The position numbers were made by a program, and so were the translations under genes. The notes below the pieces were generated by a model. That model ran no database searches. It was not told where the DNA came from and saw only the letters and a program-made list of their open reading frames with translations. DNA of 64,000 nucleotides, taken from contig CM000430.1 in NCBI GenBank assembly GCA_000165345.1, forward strand, positions 448,001-512,000, in the 5' to 3' direction. Each line of letters opens with the position of its first letter. The first letter of the stretch is position 1. This document shows, one piece after another, positions 49,862 through 60,571 of the stretch.

Positions 49862-51104
49862 GTAGTTGGTTCTCTTTTACTAGGTTTAGCTTTTTAATAT
49901 CATTCACAATAATGAATTTCAACGTCTAAGTTTTTGAAAGCTAACCCAAATTGACTATTTAGAATTGAAATGAATAACTATTTGCTTTATTGCGTTCTAT
50001 TGACTATTATACGTATTATATTTGAACCGAGTGTTCGAAATGTCGAGCAAATAAAAATTTGCAACTTGCTTCCTCTCACTATAACTGTCTCAATTACCAT
50101 TTTTTTATATTTAATATTCTGTTTCTTATAGAAAGGCCCTTTAATATGAGCAATTAATTACCACTTCAAATAGAAATTTTTTTCAATTAAAATTCTGAAA
50201 AAATACAAAGAATACAAAACTTTCAAATGTGAAGTTATTTAGAAATGTTAAATGATGAAGTATTCTTAATTATTGTTTTATATCTTAGTATAGGAAATAA
50301 TTTTAGAAATAAGAATTAGTATGGAAAATATTTAATCACTTGTGAGAGTGGTTTTAGGGAATTATTAGTTCATTAAAGATTAAAAAATAATAATTGTTCA
50401 ATTTAAAAACTAGAAGTGTTTATCTAATAATTCAAAATTGGGATTATACTTTTGGTTCCAGGAATAATAAAAATTTGGTGTTGAAACGGTCATATCTTTG
50501 ATATTAATCATTTTAATATAATTTGGAGAATGCTACGAAATATTAATATAGATTTTGTCCTGCAATAAAAAGTTATTAACTCTAAGCAATATAAGCCATG
50601 AATGTCAATAATGAAAAAAAAAATTATCAAAAAAACTCGATATTTGACTCTACGAAATCAAACTGTATAAAGACTGTTCAATAAAATTCTTTTCAAATAT
50701 TTCTTTCAAGCTATTTTCTTTCAATTTAAATATTTTAGAAATACATGAGATTTGGTATTAATAAATTATAAAAAGGTATTCGGACCAAAATTATCTAAAA
50801 AAGTATTGAAAAACAACACCGTTACTTCTAACCCAATATTGTACGGCACAAATTTAGAAATGAAAGGTTTTTAATGTGTAATAAAGAATTTTATAATTTA
50901 CAAAAGTCCTAAATAAGTTTAGTTTGATTTTGAAAGAAGTATTTTTAAAAAATTAGATAAAAAATAAAGAAACTCATACCAGATATAACAAATTAACTTT
51001 TGGTTCAAGTTGAATATTATATGAATAGCATAAACCGTTTTAATGAAATGTTTAAAATTCAAATAATTAACTAAATGTTTGAACTTAAATTTTTTTTTTA
51101 TTTA

Positions 51105-51989
51105 TTATTTCCAAAAAAATGTTATGAAACATAATATTGGGGAAAGAAGCATGATAATAAAAGTTGCAATTAAAAAAACAATTCCTTTGTTTATTTTCCC
51201 ATAATCCGCAAATACAAGTGGGTCTTTTGGGTCAAGCTCCCAAAGTAAATCTATAATTCCGACCCCAATCCCCTGAATTTGGAACTTTGTGATGAGATAA
51301 ATGTATTTAAGCGCAATTTTTCTGACTAAGGATTCAAAGACGCTTAGTCTTTGTTTAGACGATAAATTTAAGTTTTCTTCTATATAAACTTCGGGTAATC
51401 TGTAAAACTTTGCAACTTTTGTTATCAGGTTTATGTAATTTTCACTAGGAAGTGCTGGACTAATTTTTTTAGATGATTTACTTAATTCTGTTAAATATGT
51501 ATAATTTGAAAAATCATCTTGTTTTTCCAACAAAAAATCAGTAAATGTACTATCAAATATCATATTTGAAGTTTCTGTGAAAAATGTCATAACTTTTAAA
51601 TCAAATGAACTCTGATTTTTTGATTCACGAATTCCTGAATTAGAAAATAGCATGTTTTTCTGTGAATTTTTTCCAGAATTCTCAAAGTTTAACTTAATTA
51701 TTACGGCATTTGTTTCAATTAAAAGGTTATTTGGTAAATACTTGACGTATTTCCTGATCATTTTTTTTTCGTAACTATTTATTTCAATAATTACTCCATA
51801 AGTTGCCGTATTTAACGAAGGCGTCAACGTTGGTCTCGTTCTACAACAAAATGGTAAACCTTTTGCAATCCAATTAATTTTGAAATTATCAAGTCTTCCT
51901 ATTCCAAAAAGCCTAAACTCAACGTTTGGAAAACATTGCTTGAATTCGAATGGGTCCATTAAGTGGTCATAAATGAATAAAAATGTCAT
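51105..51989 (-). CDS. AIG2/gamma-glutamyl-cyclotransferase-like fold protein with a C-terminal TM anchor (tentative)
   Basis: The N-terminus, MTFLFIYDHLMDPFEF, resembles the GGCT/AIG2 'lFvYGtLm' beta-strand start. The C-terminus has a hydrophobic anchor (VFLIATFIIMLLSPILCFITFFW). The track start at 52010 is a GTG codon. The first ATG is at 51989-51987. Confidence 0.35.
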   Translation of the reverse strand: MTFLFIYDHLMDPFEFKQCFPNVEFRLFGIGRLDNFKINWIAKGLPFCCRTRPTLTPSLNTATYGVIIEINSYEKKMIRKYVKYLPNNLLIETNAVIIKLNFENSGKNSQKNMLFSNSGIRESKNQSSFDLKVMTFFTETSNMIFDSTFTDFLLEKQDDFSNYTYLTELSKSSKKISPALPSENYINLITKVAKFYRLPEVYIEENLNLSSKQRLSVFESLVRKIALKYIYLITKFQIQGIGVGIIDLLWELDPKDPLVFADYGKINKGIVFLIATFIIMLLSPILCFITFFWK

Positions 51990-52155
51990 ACCTAAATCAA
52001 TTAATTTCACACATTAAATTGCATTTTGTCCAAAAAAATTTGTTAAAGTTATACCGCCAAAAATGTGGGTAAAATGTAACTAATCTGTTGAAATTATAGG
52101 AAAAATAATTTATTTTTGAAAGTTTTGATCATATGATTATAACTATTTGCTTCAC

Positions 52156-53904
52156 ATGAAGGATATATATTTGTCATCTGTCTCAAACTCCAAAAAAAAT
52201 GTTGAATATTCAATAGGGAGATCTCAATTAAAGGTAAGACTAAATATTTAGAGTCTATTAATTATCAAAATAACCTTAACTTAATCACGTATCCTCATTC
52301 ATACTTATTAGGACGAAAAAATTGTTAAATGTTGTGAGGTTAATCAAATTCATGAAAGGTCAAATATCTACTCTAACGTCAATTATTTTAGAAATAGACA
52401 TTTACAACGATATCAAGTAATAGAATATTTATTAATTAAGCACAAATCATTTACATTCTATGTCAAAAATAAAGTGAAAACTAATGAAATATTGTTAGAT
52501 AAAATTGGAAATGAGTTCATTGGAGAAATCGGCATAGATTTGGATATTGAAAAGTCTAAATTCGTTGTTTATCCATTAAAGCATGTAATCTCTCTTAGCG
52601 AACAGGTAACCACTTTAGGGATGCTAATAAGTAACGGAGAGGGTCAAATATTAATAGAAGATCCAACTCATAGAGTTAAAATTGTTACTTCAAGCAAGAC
52701 CTTATTTGGCAAAGGTATTTATTGTTTTAACCATTTCGTTATTGCAAGAGGCAAAATGAATAAAATAACTCAGAGTTTTCATGTGGACCTGATGTTCCAT
52801 CCTCCAATCCAAAATATTGATAAAAATGTAGCAAATGAAATTCTATCCAATTTATTTTCAGGCATAAATTATACTTTATTAAAATCTGAAGATAGAGAAA
52901 AAAATATCAAAAATCAAAGCTTAAACAAAACAAAATTTTTTAGAACTACAAAATATTTGGAAGATTTAAAGATTAAAGTTCAGGTATCGAAAAATGATTA
53001 TTGGGTAATTTTTTCAGATATTATGTTAACAAGCATGAGGGTAATTGAAAATTTACGTAAAGTGTTTTCTGGTTATGAAAAAATGATTAAAGACTCAAAC
53101 ATTAATATAGGATTTATTTTATTAGGCAATTTTATTAATATCGACTTTGATAAGAATGGAGAAGATTGGATGGAAGATAAAACTTGTGTTGAAAATGATC
53201 ATAATTTTAGCAACGTAAATGAAAAAGGAAGATCTAAGAGTCTATCTATTTTTAACTCAAACTCACGTGAAAATCATTTTAAAAATTCTCAAAACAATTT
53301 CAATACAACGAGAAAAGGTTTTGAAGGATTCAAAAATGTTCTGAAAGAATTTCCAGTGTTGCTTTCAAACTGCAATTTCTTCATTATTTCTGGTCCAAAT
53401 GATATTGGGCCCGATTTACTTCCTAAACCCCCCCTTTCTAATTACTATGCATCATACTTATCTAAAGTATTTCCAGATTCGAAAATTCATTTTCTTTCGA
53501 ATCCATCTGTTATCGATGATAGTGATATTAAGATGTTTTGTTCAAGGTATTCTCTAACTAAAGAACTTAAGGAAAAGACTTTATTTTCTTACTGTGGTAC
53601 AAAAGATATGGGTTTCACAACCCAATGGAATATTGAACCTGAAACTTTAGAAAACATTATACCACAAACTGTGTTAGGCCAACAACACTTAACTCCAACA
53701 AGTTCCAATGTCATGCCAAATCTAGATTATTTCTTATTTTTACTACCAACCCCAAAAATATTAATTATTGGCGATTCCAGTCCAAGCTACTCAGTCAAAT
53801 CAATAAACCAAACTTGGATAGTGAATCCAGGGTCTTTTAATAACACATGTTCATGGGTCCAGTATAATGTTTTAACTGATTCAATTGACCATGTATGGTT
53901 GTAA
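52156..53904 (+). CDS. POLE2: DNA polymerase epsilon subunit B (POLE2/Dpb2), 2 exons
   Basis: The core ORF has the OB-fold block VVYPLKHVISLSEQVTTLGMLISNGEGQILIEDPTHRVKIV (compare human ...[28 protein letters not shown]), followed by a C-terminal calcineurin-like phosphoesterase-like region. The track starts at a GTG (52474), but the same frame is open upstream to 52312 (DEKIVKCCEVNQIHERSNIYSNVNYFRNRHLQRYQV...). An upstream exon, 52156-52233 (MKDIYLSSVSNSKKNVEYSIGRSQLK), joins in phase through intron 52234-52311 (78 nt, GTAAGA..TTATTAG). Confidence 0.55.
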
Positions 53905-53968
53905 TCAATATAATGATTATTGATCTTCAATATTTAAATTATTGAAATTAGTATACTAATCAAGGTAC

Positions 53969-56263
53969 TTATGAATATATTCTTTCATTATTTTCTTGAT
54001 TTTTTTTACGCAAATTAATAATTGAAATTCCTGCATATCTTCCTAAACTCATGATTGTATAGACAGGATTAATTCTTGGCAATATTTTTAAAAGAGACGC
54101 ATCAACAATACCTAAGTTTCTTGTGCCTGATAATAAAAACGATTCATTTTCCACAAGCTCTCCCAATGGAACAGATCCTGACCAATGCCAAATACTTGTT
54201 CCTATATTGTAAGCTAATCTTAAAATTTCGTCTTTATTCGAAAGATCTGGAAGTATTGGAGGGAATGTTGCAATTTTCTCAAATATTATGTTTTTGCTTT
54301 CAAGACAATCCCTTGGGTCAGAAACTCCGTTACATTCATCTGGAAATATTGAATTTTTATAATTGAGTATGATGTTATAAACATTTTCAAGCTCATCCAT
54401 AAAATCTGGAGATAGTGGCTTGTTTATAAATAATCTCTCAGTTCTTGCAGATGCAAGCACGCCAATTATGCCATTCAATACTGTCATAGGGCATGAAGAG
54501 TATCCTCCTTGTTCTGCAATATTTTGAAATCTTCCTGACCTTAGCATCTTTATCACAGAACTAAGTCCAATTATTACGTTTTCTCTATCTTCTTCTTCCG
54601 ATAAATATTTCCCATCTAATTCAAATTTTCCATCACTTTTTACACTTATTCCCCCCCTGCTTTTAGGTTCAGATGTAAAATAAAAAACAGCAGCAGATCT
54701 CCTTAGACATTCTAAAGGATACTGTAAAATCAGACAAATTGGTATTCCTCCACTTAATGGGTAATTTTCTGCGCATTTTTTGAATATTTCAATCACAAAA
54801 TCCGTAACAATATTATTCCTAAGTCTTGGAGGGAAAATAAGTCTTGTAGCATATAATGTGCCTTCCACAGTTCTTCCTCCTCCCAAAGACTCGATATTAA
54901 TAGTACTGCAGCTATATCCGCAATTTCCAGAAGTTTTTGAAAAACTTGACATGATTGGGTTTACGAAAGGGTTAGTAAAAACATCACTTTTGAAAAAAAA
55001 TGGAATTGCAAATAACAATCTATCGACGATATTTGTTCCCAAATTTGGAACTTCTAGCAATGGCATTATATTCATATTTTGTAGAGATTCAAGAGGTCCT
55101 ATCCCGGACTTATAAAGTAATACAGGGGTATGGATTGCCCCTGATGATAGTATTATCATTCCATTGTCATTTAAACAAATTCTTTTGGCAAAGATACTTC
55201 GAATTAAGTCTTTAGAAGGTTTTATACCGTCCTCAATACCAAATTCATTGGCCAGTTTTCCTGCAGTTATATTAAAAAATGGGTATTCAAAGTCAGAATA
55301 TTGATTTTTTAACATAACTCTTTCTAAAATAATACATTTTGCATTTAAAACACTTTTACTAGAAAGTGCCGATTGAAAACCCATTTTATTATAATTAAAT
55401 TTTCCTCCTAAATTTGCATTCCTTAAAAATGGAAAACCTGTGCTTTGAGTTTTGTTTCCTCTAATCTCTCTCTGTCCTTCGATTTGTTCAAACTCTACTT
55501 TTGTTACAAGATGGTTTGTTAAAATATCAACAGGACTTGTTTCAATGACCGTATTATTTTTGGCATTTTGATAATCAGAAAGTAAGATATCTGATGACAT
55601 TCTGAAACCGTGGTCACTTACATTAAATAGATTGTATACTCTCCAAGTTCCGTTTATTCTATTTAAGCTGAATTCTGAGTTCGGGTTTTTTTCTGTCACA
55701 AATCCAATATCTTTAAATGCATTCTCCATAGGTTCAACAATTGGGAGATCCTGATCGCCTTTATTACTAACTCTATTTACAATCCAATCATAACTCTCTT
55801 TCAAAATGGTTTTGTTAAAACTAGCTCCTGAATTTTCTTCTAAAAGTTTGAAATATTCTGGATTTTCTTCCATGATCATTCCCATATTTATTGCTGTCCC
55901 ACCTCCTAATACATTTCCAATATGAGTTCTTATTCCCTGTTTAGTAATAACAAGTTCGCTAACTTTTTTGTCATCCACAACACTTCCCATTCCTTTTATA
56001 TCACGAGTAAGTATTGATTCATCTAGCCTAGCACCTCCTCTTTCTACAAGCAAAACAGAGTATTTCGAGTCAGCAAGAGTTCTAGCTAATGCGCATCCTG
56101 CAGCCCCACCCCCAACTACTATATAATCATAGCTAGATTTAATATTCCTCGATCCAGTTATGATTCTTTTAGGTAAAACGAAAGCTCTCGCACTTATTTT
56201 TTCAAAAATACGAAGCGCATTTAGTGAAAATAATAATAAAGTGAAATATAAAATATTTTTCAT
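53969..56263 (-). CDS. Secreted GMC-family FAD oxidoreductase (choline dehydrogenase / glucose oxidase-like)
   Basis: 764 aa. It has an N-terminal signal peptide (MKNILYFTLLLFSLNA) and the GMC N-terminal FAD-binding fingerprint YDYIVVGGGAAGCALARTLADS..YSVLLVERGG. The GMC C-terminal substrate-domain region is recognisable, and several insertions are present relative to a typical 550-600-aa GMC enzyme. Confidence 0.75.
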   Translation of the reverse strand: MKNILYFTLLLFSLNALRIFEKISARAFVLPKRIITGSRNIKSSYDYIVVGGGAAGCALARTLADSKYSVLLVERGGARLDESILTRDIKGMGSVVDDKKVSELVITKQGIRTHIGNVLGGGTAINMGMIMEENPEYFKLLEENSGASFNKTILKESYDWIVNRVSNKGDQDLPIVEPMENAFKDIGFVTEKNPNSEFSLNRINGTWRVYNLFNVSDHGFRMSSDILLSDYQNAKNNTVIETSPVDILTNHLVTKVEFEQIEGQREIRGNKTQSTGFPFLRNANLGGKFNYNKMGFQSALSSKSVLNAKCIILERVMLKNQYSDFEYPFFNITAGKLANEFGIEDGIKPSKDLIRSIFAKRICLNDNGMIILSSGAIHTPVLLYKSGIGPLESLQNMNIMPLLEVPNLGTNIVDRLLFAIPFFFKSDVFTNPFVNPIMSSFSKTSGNCGYSCSTINIESLGGGRTVEGTLYATRLIFPPRLRNNIVTDFVIEIFKKCAENYPLSGGIPICLILQYPLECLRRSAAVFYFTSEPKSRGGISVKSDGKFELDGKYLSEEEDRENVIIGLSSVIKMLRSGRFQNIAEQGGYSSCPMTVLNGIIGVLASARTERLFINKPLSPDFMDELENVYNIILNYKNSIFPDECNGVSDPRDCLESKNIIFEKIATFPPILPDLSNKDEILRLAYNIGTSIWHWSGSVPLGELVENESFLLSGTRNLGIVDASLLKILPRINPVYTIMSLGRYAGISIINLRKKNQENNERIYS

Positions 56264-56608
56264 AACTTCGTAAATATTAAAAAATAAATATGCAACGGGG
56301 AAATTAAAAATTTAAATTAATATTAAACAATAATTACTTATACGTATTCATGATTTAGTTATATTCTGAAACGCTAATTTGCGACTATTTTTTTTTTCTT
56401 AAACTATGTTATTGAAATAATAATAAAAGTTAAAGAAAAAAATATGATACTCATTAAAAATAGTATTGTTGTATGAAAAAATGATATATTTGAATTTTTT
56501 ATAAATTTTTTCATATCTTGGATTGATTTTTGCGTTTTTTCTGAATTTACAGCTTGCTCTTTCTCTAAAATAAATAAGACCTAAAAACTATTATTTTTCT
56601 TTTCAAAT

Positions 56609-57184
56609 TTAAGGAGAAAAACTTACTTTTTTTTCACTTCTAAGTAATTCTTGAAATCTGAATGCAGAGCACTTCATTTCTTCAGCTAGTTCAACCAATT
56701 CATCTTTGAATCGCTCATTTATAACTTTTATATCAAGCCTATTATCAATATTTTCTGGTTTCAAATTATTTTTCGAAGTAGGTGGCAATTCTAAACTATG
56801 CTCTGCAAATTTAGTTGAATTACTTTCAAGATATTCATAAATATTTTTGTTTGGCTTCAAATGTGAATATAAATTTTTGATATTTTGGGGTTGATTTTCA
56901 TCTCCTAATAATTCTAGATTTAGCTTATCTTCCAATTTCAATTTTAATATCTCTATTCTTCCAAGGTAATCATCTTGCAGTTCTTTATTGCCGCTAATTT
57001 GGAGCTTGACAGACTCAAGAGAGTGTAATATCTTTTTGTATGCAATAATATTAATTATGCTTTTGTCAAATGTTACAAGCATTTCTGAACAGTTAGTTCC
57101 GAATGCATATTCTAAAAATTTATCTTCTTCAAGTACACATTCAATATTGTATAATAGTACATTAGACCGGTGCATAATATTCAT
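56609..57184 (-). CDS. Hypothetical protein (191 aa, predicted coiled-coil)
   Basis: ORF with ATG at 57184-57182. The segment EILKLKLEDKLNLELL has heptad-like character. No family assignment. Confidence 0.35.
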   Translation of the reverse strand: MNIMHRSNVLLYNIECVLEEDKFLEYAFGTNCSEMLVTFDKSIINIIAYKKILHSLESVKLQISGNKELQDDYLGRIEILKLKLEDKLNLELLGDENQPQNIKNLYSHLKPNKNIYEYLESNSTKFAEHSLELPPTSKNNLKPENIDNRLDIKVINERFKDELVELAEEMKCSAFRFQELLRSEKKVSFSP

Positions 57185-57417
57185 GATATCTCGGTTACAT
57201 AATAGCCATAGTTTATCAATTTATAGAATATTTAGCAAATATTGTTAATAGGAAACATTTATTCATATATCTAATTTAACCGCCCTAATCAATTTATTTA
57301 AAATAATATTCTAATTTCAAGCAAGAAACTCAATTCCACACCTTTTACATAGTAATGAGGGAAAATTGTGTGTTTTAAGGAAAGAATGCAGGCTCAAGCT
57401 ATTACAAATAGATAGTC

Positions 57418-58313
57418 ATGAAAGTTAAATCAACCTTTATTTTGCTAATTTTTACTCTTAATTATCTCACATCTTATTGTTCATTAAGGAATACTAATGG
57501 TGTAAGTACATAAATAAAAAAATTATTAATTATTTGTAACATTTTATTAGAATGGAAACAAATTAGTTGAAATACTTGAACCAAAGGAAATGAACAACGT
57601 AAGAGATAATTTTCAAAAGTCGAATAATAATTTTGAGCTTTTAGGTAACTTCTGCATTGAGAATCTTTCCTTTTGTTTACTATGGATATATTTCAAGGCT
57701 CAGTTTAAGTAATTTAGATAGCAATATAGTGGAAAGAAGGCTAGAAGAATTATATCCTTTTTTGCAGAAAATAGCCTGCACTGCTTTGAATTGTTTAAGT
57801 ATGTTTAACTAAATTTACACAAATAGTAACACTCAATCTCACAGTGATCTTTAATCCTATTCCCGGCTCAGCTATGACAGTTTCCGCTCTTTCATGTAAG
57901 TGGAATAAATAAAGAAAATAATTTATAATTGCTTTAGGGATTCTTTCATTTTCAACATTGAGCAATAGCGTATTACCTTACTTGTTACAATACGCAACGG
58001 GTCTTCCTCAAGCACTTTACTTTTCTTTGCAAATTTCCGAATTTCAGATAATTACTTCACCTGTCAGCCTAGTTAAAGAGGGAGATGTAAGTCGGAACAC
58101 GTCTTTTTTTTTTCGAATCTAGAACAGAGCTAATAATTGATGCAGATATTTGGAAAACTAATTTCCCATAGGGATGGAGATAATGCTATACATGATCTAC
58201 TAGTTTCTCCATGTGATGGCGTTTTGCAATATGTTTGGCCAAATGTTTCAACACCTACTGTTGCTTTCATGCTAATTGCAAGGATTCAATGTAATTTGAA
58301 AATACAAGGATAG
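57418..58313 (+). CDS. Multi-exon gene encoding a signal-peptide/signal-anchor protein (tentative 6-exon model; not visible in the ORF track)
   Basis: Proposed exons: 57418-57501 (MKVKSTFILLIFTLNYLTSYCSLRNTNG), 57551-57598, 57645-57798, 57845-57895, 57938-58086 and 58146-58313 (ending ...VAFMLIARIQCNLKIQG*, TAG at 58311). Introns are 57502-57550 (GTAAGT), 57599-57644 (GTAAGA), 57799-57844 (GTATGT), 57896-57937 (GTAAGT) and 58087-58145 (GTAAGT). All are 42-59 nt and phase-consistent. There is a weak resemblance to the signal peptidase complex subunit SPCS3 C-terminus (SALSWILSFSTLSNSVLPYLL versus LTLSWNVVPNAGILPLV), which is speculative. Confidence 0.3.
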
Positions 58314-58526
58314 TGAGGCAGATTGAAATATCTTAATACTAAATAAATTATAATAGTTTGATAATTATCAAACACGCTTTTTCTAAATTGTTCATATTAC
58401 AAGAAAATGACGTCATCATATTTGATTATTAGATCAAAAGGCGGCTTGAATGCACGCAAAATCCCCACTGAGCGTTTTGATGTTTTCTAAATCAAATTTG
58501 TAGAAATTGAGAGAATTTATGTAAAT

Positions 58527-59555
58527 ATGCAGATTAATTACCTAATTTTTTCTGTATTTTCTGCGTTACTTCTTGGGTTAAATAGTCCAGTATACGCAAT
58601 AACTACTGAGTCAAATGAATATGTTGCTAACACCAAAAGCAAATCTAGAAATAGACTTAGAAGATTTTTGGATAGTTTAAATAAAGTGGAACTCAAGCTT
58701 CCCAAGATAACCAGAAAAAATGTGATTAGTGAATATACTGTTGAGGATTTAGTCTCAAAGTTGCGAGAAATAGAGAAAACAAGAAGTAACACAAAAAATC
58801 CATTCAAGAAAATAAGATGTCTCATTCAAGAGTCAAATATTAAGAAAAAAATCAGTTCATTACTTAAAGAAAAGAGTGAAGAAGAAAAGTTCGAAAAGTT
58901 TGAAGAAGAATTTCCAATGGATTATTCTCCAAAGGCATTATCTGAAGAGGGGTCTATATCGCCCTATATCCCAGTAGTTGTTGAAGACTACAAGGACGTA
59001 GAAGTTGCGTCAGGAGCATCTATTAGAAATGAGGGAATTCAAGACGAGATTAAATATCTGACATCGGAGGATACTGATCAATCGACTAGTGGAGAGTTGG
59101 ATGATTTGGCACATCCAATTACATCAGAAACTGGCAATGAAAATGAAGGCACTGAAGATTCCGTTACGGAAGACTTTGAAAAAAAGGAAGTTGTAGAAGA
59201 CAATTTGGAAGACTATCAAGCCAAAGATGTGGATGGTGAAAGCCAGTCAAACGAGAATGGGCAGCAAACAGATTCAGATCTGCAAGAAAACGCAGATAGA
59301 GGAGAAAAAGACAACATTCAAAGCAAGGCAAGATTAGCGAACATTTTTAAAAGAAAAAAGTTAACTGCTTCCGAAAAGCTTGAAAGATTAATGTCACTTA
59401 AAAAAGATATTGAAAGCAGGATTTCTAGTTCTAAGAGTAAACTCCTTAGAAGAGTTTTGGAAATGAAACTTAAAAGAGTGAATCACAAGATTTCTAAAAT
59501 AACAGATGCGGCTGTAGATACAGTTACTGAATCAGGCGAGATTGACATCGAATAG
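58527..59555 (+). CDS. Secreted acidic/charged protein (signal peptide, E/K-rich, predicted coiled-coil)
   Basis: 342 aa. The N-terminal signal peptide is MQINYLIFSVFSALLLGLNSPVYA. The remainder is highly charged (about 40% D/E/K) with no Cys residues. Its character is like a lineage-specific secreted antigen. Confidence 0.5.
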   Translation: MQINYLIFSVFSALLLGLNSPVYAITTESNEYVANTKSKSRNRLRRFLDSLNKVELKLPKITRKNVISEYTVEDLVSKLREIEKTRSNTKNPFKKIRCLIQESNIKKKISSLLKEKSEEEKFEKFEEEFPMDYSPKALSEEGSISPYIPVVVEDYKDVEVASGASIRNEGIQDEIKYLTSEDTDQSTSGELDDLAHPITSETGNENEGTEDSVTEDFEKKEVVEDNLEDYQAKDVDGESQSNENGQQTDSDLQENADRGEKDNIQSKARLANIFKRKKLTASEKLERLMSLKKDIESRISSSKSKLLRRVLEMKLKRVNHKISKITDAAVDTVTESGEIDIE

Positions 59556-59908
59556 GTCCTATCATACATATACACCGCTATTAACTAAAACTGCACGAGG
59601 AAAGTATACTTTATTACATAAATCAACAGTTATAAAAAAAATAAAATCGATTTAGATCTGATTTGAAAATAACTGCCGACAAGTTAAAAACAGGCTTTTA
59701 AGACCTAAAGGATTTAAGACTAAATGAGACATTTAAATGGCAAGATATTTAGGTAATATGATAGAGAAATACACTGCATTTATTCTGTTCTATAGTAAGA
59801 TTCTGGTATTATTAGATTTAAATCTTGCACCACGTCTTGTCTAAGAGATACCTCTATTTTTTTTTTGTACACAAAATATTAAGAGAATTATTTCTTGATT
59901 TATTCACA

Positions 59909-60412
59909 ATGTTTAAACTATTTAGTTGTTTGTGCTGTCAAAATGTTGACTTGAATGAAGAAAGGTAAGTCATATTTGACAGTTTAGATGAATTTATATC
60001 TTTTTTTACAGAATGGACACAAGATTATTCACAAGGTTTCCTTCAACGTATCATCTTAGGACTCTTTTTGACGAATATGTAAGTTTTCCTATTCAACATT
60101 ATATAAAGTAAGTCTAATTATTGGTAGAGCTTAAATGGATCAGATATTTCTGAAGGAAGCGAAGTTGGAGATAATCATGAGTGTCAAAATGAAGATCGTC
60201 TAGAAATGATTGTTGAAGAAGATAATGAATTTTTAGAAGATGGACTTTATGATAGAAATTCTCTAAATGCGAGTAGGAAGGTCACTGAAAAAAGTGAAGT
60301 TGATGTAATGAACATAAACAGCAATAGAAGTTCATTGAACACAAACTCTGGATCTAATACGAATCGATCAAAGCAATCGAAGAGGAATAAAAGGAGGAGC
60401 TACAGGAAGTGA
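59909..60412 (+). CDS. Small protein with an N-terminal Cys cluster (putative S-palmitoylation motif), 3 exons
   Basis: Exons are 59909-59964 (MFKLFSCLCCQNVDLNEE plus 2 nt), 60012-60078 (RMDTRLFTRFPSTYHLRTLFDEY) and 60128-60412 (SLNGSDISEG...KRNKRRSYRK*). Introns are 59965-60011 (47 nt, GTAAGT..TTACAG) and 60079-60127 (49 nt, GTAAGT..TGGTAG). The track shows only 60206-60412. Confidence 0.45.
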
Positions 60413-60571
60413 ATATCGCTTATCCAAGAGTATGCTGAAGATTTGCAATAAATAAGCGGTTGGCTAATTGCAATGTAAATTTCTTATTATACAGATTAAC
60501 GCGCTTAGAAAGCTGATAAATGTTGTAAATAGTTAGGTTTGTAAAAATAACTAAAAAATATTGACACTGCA

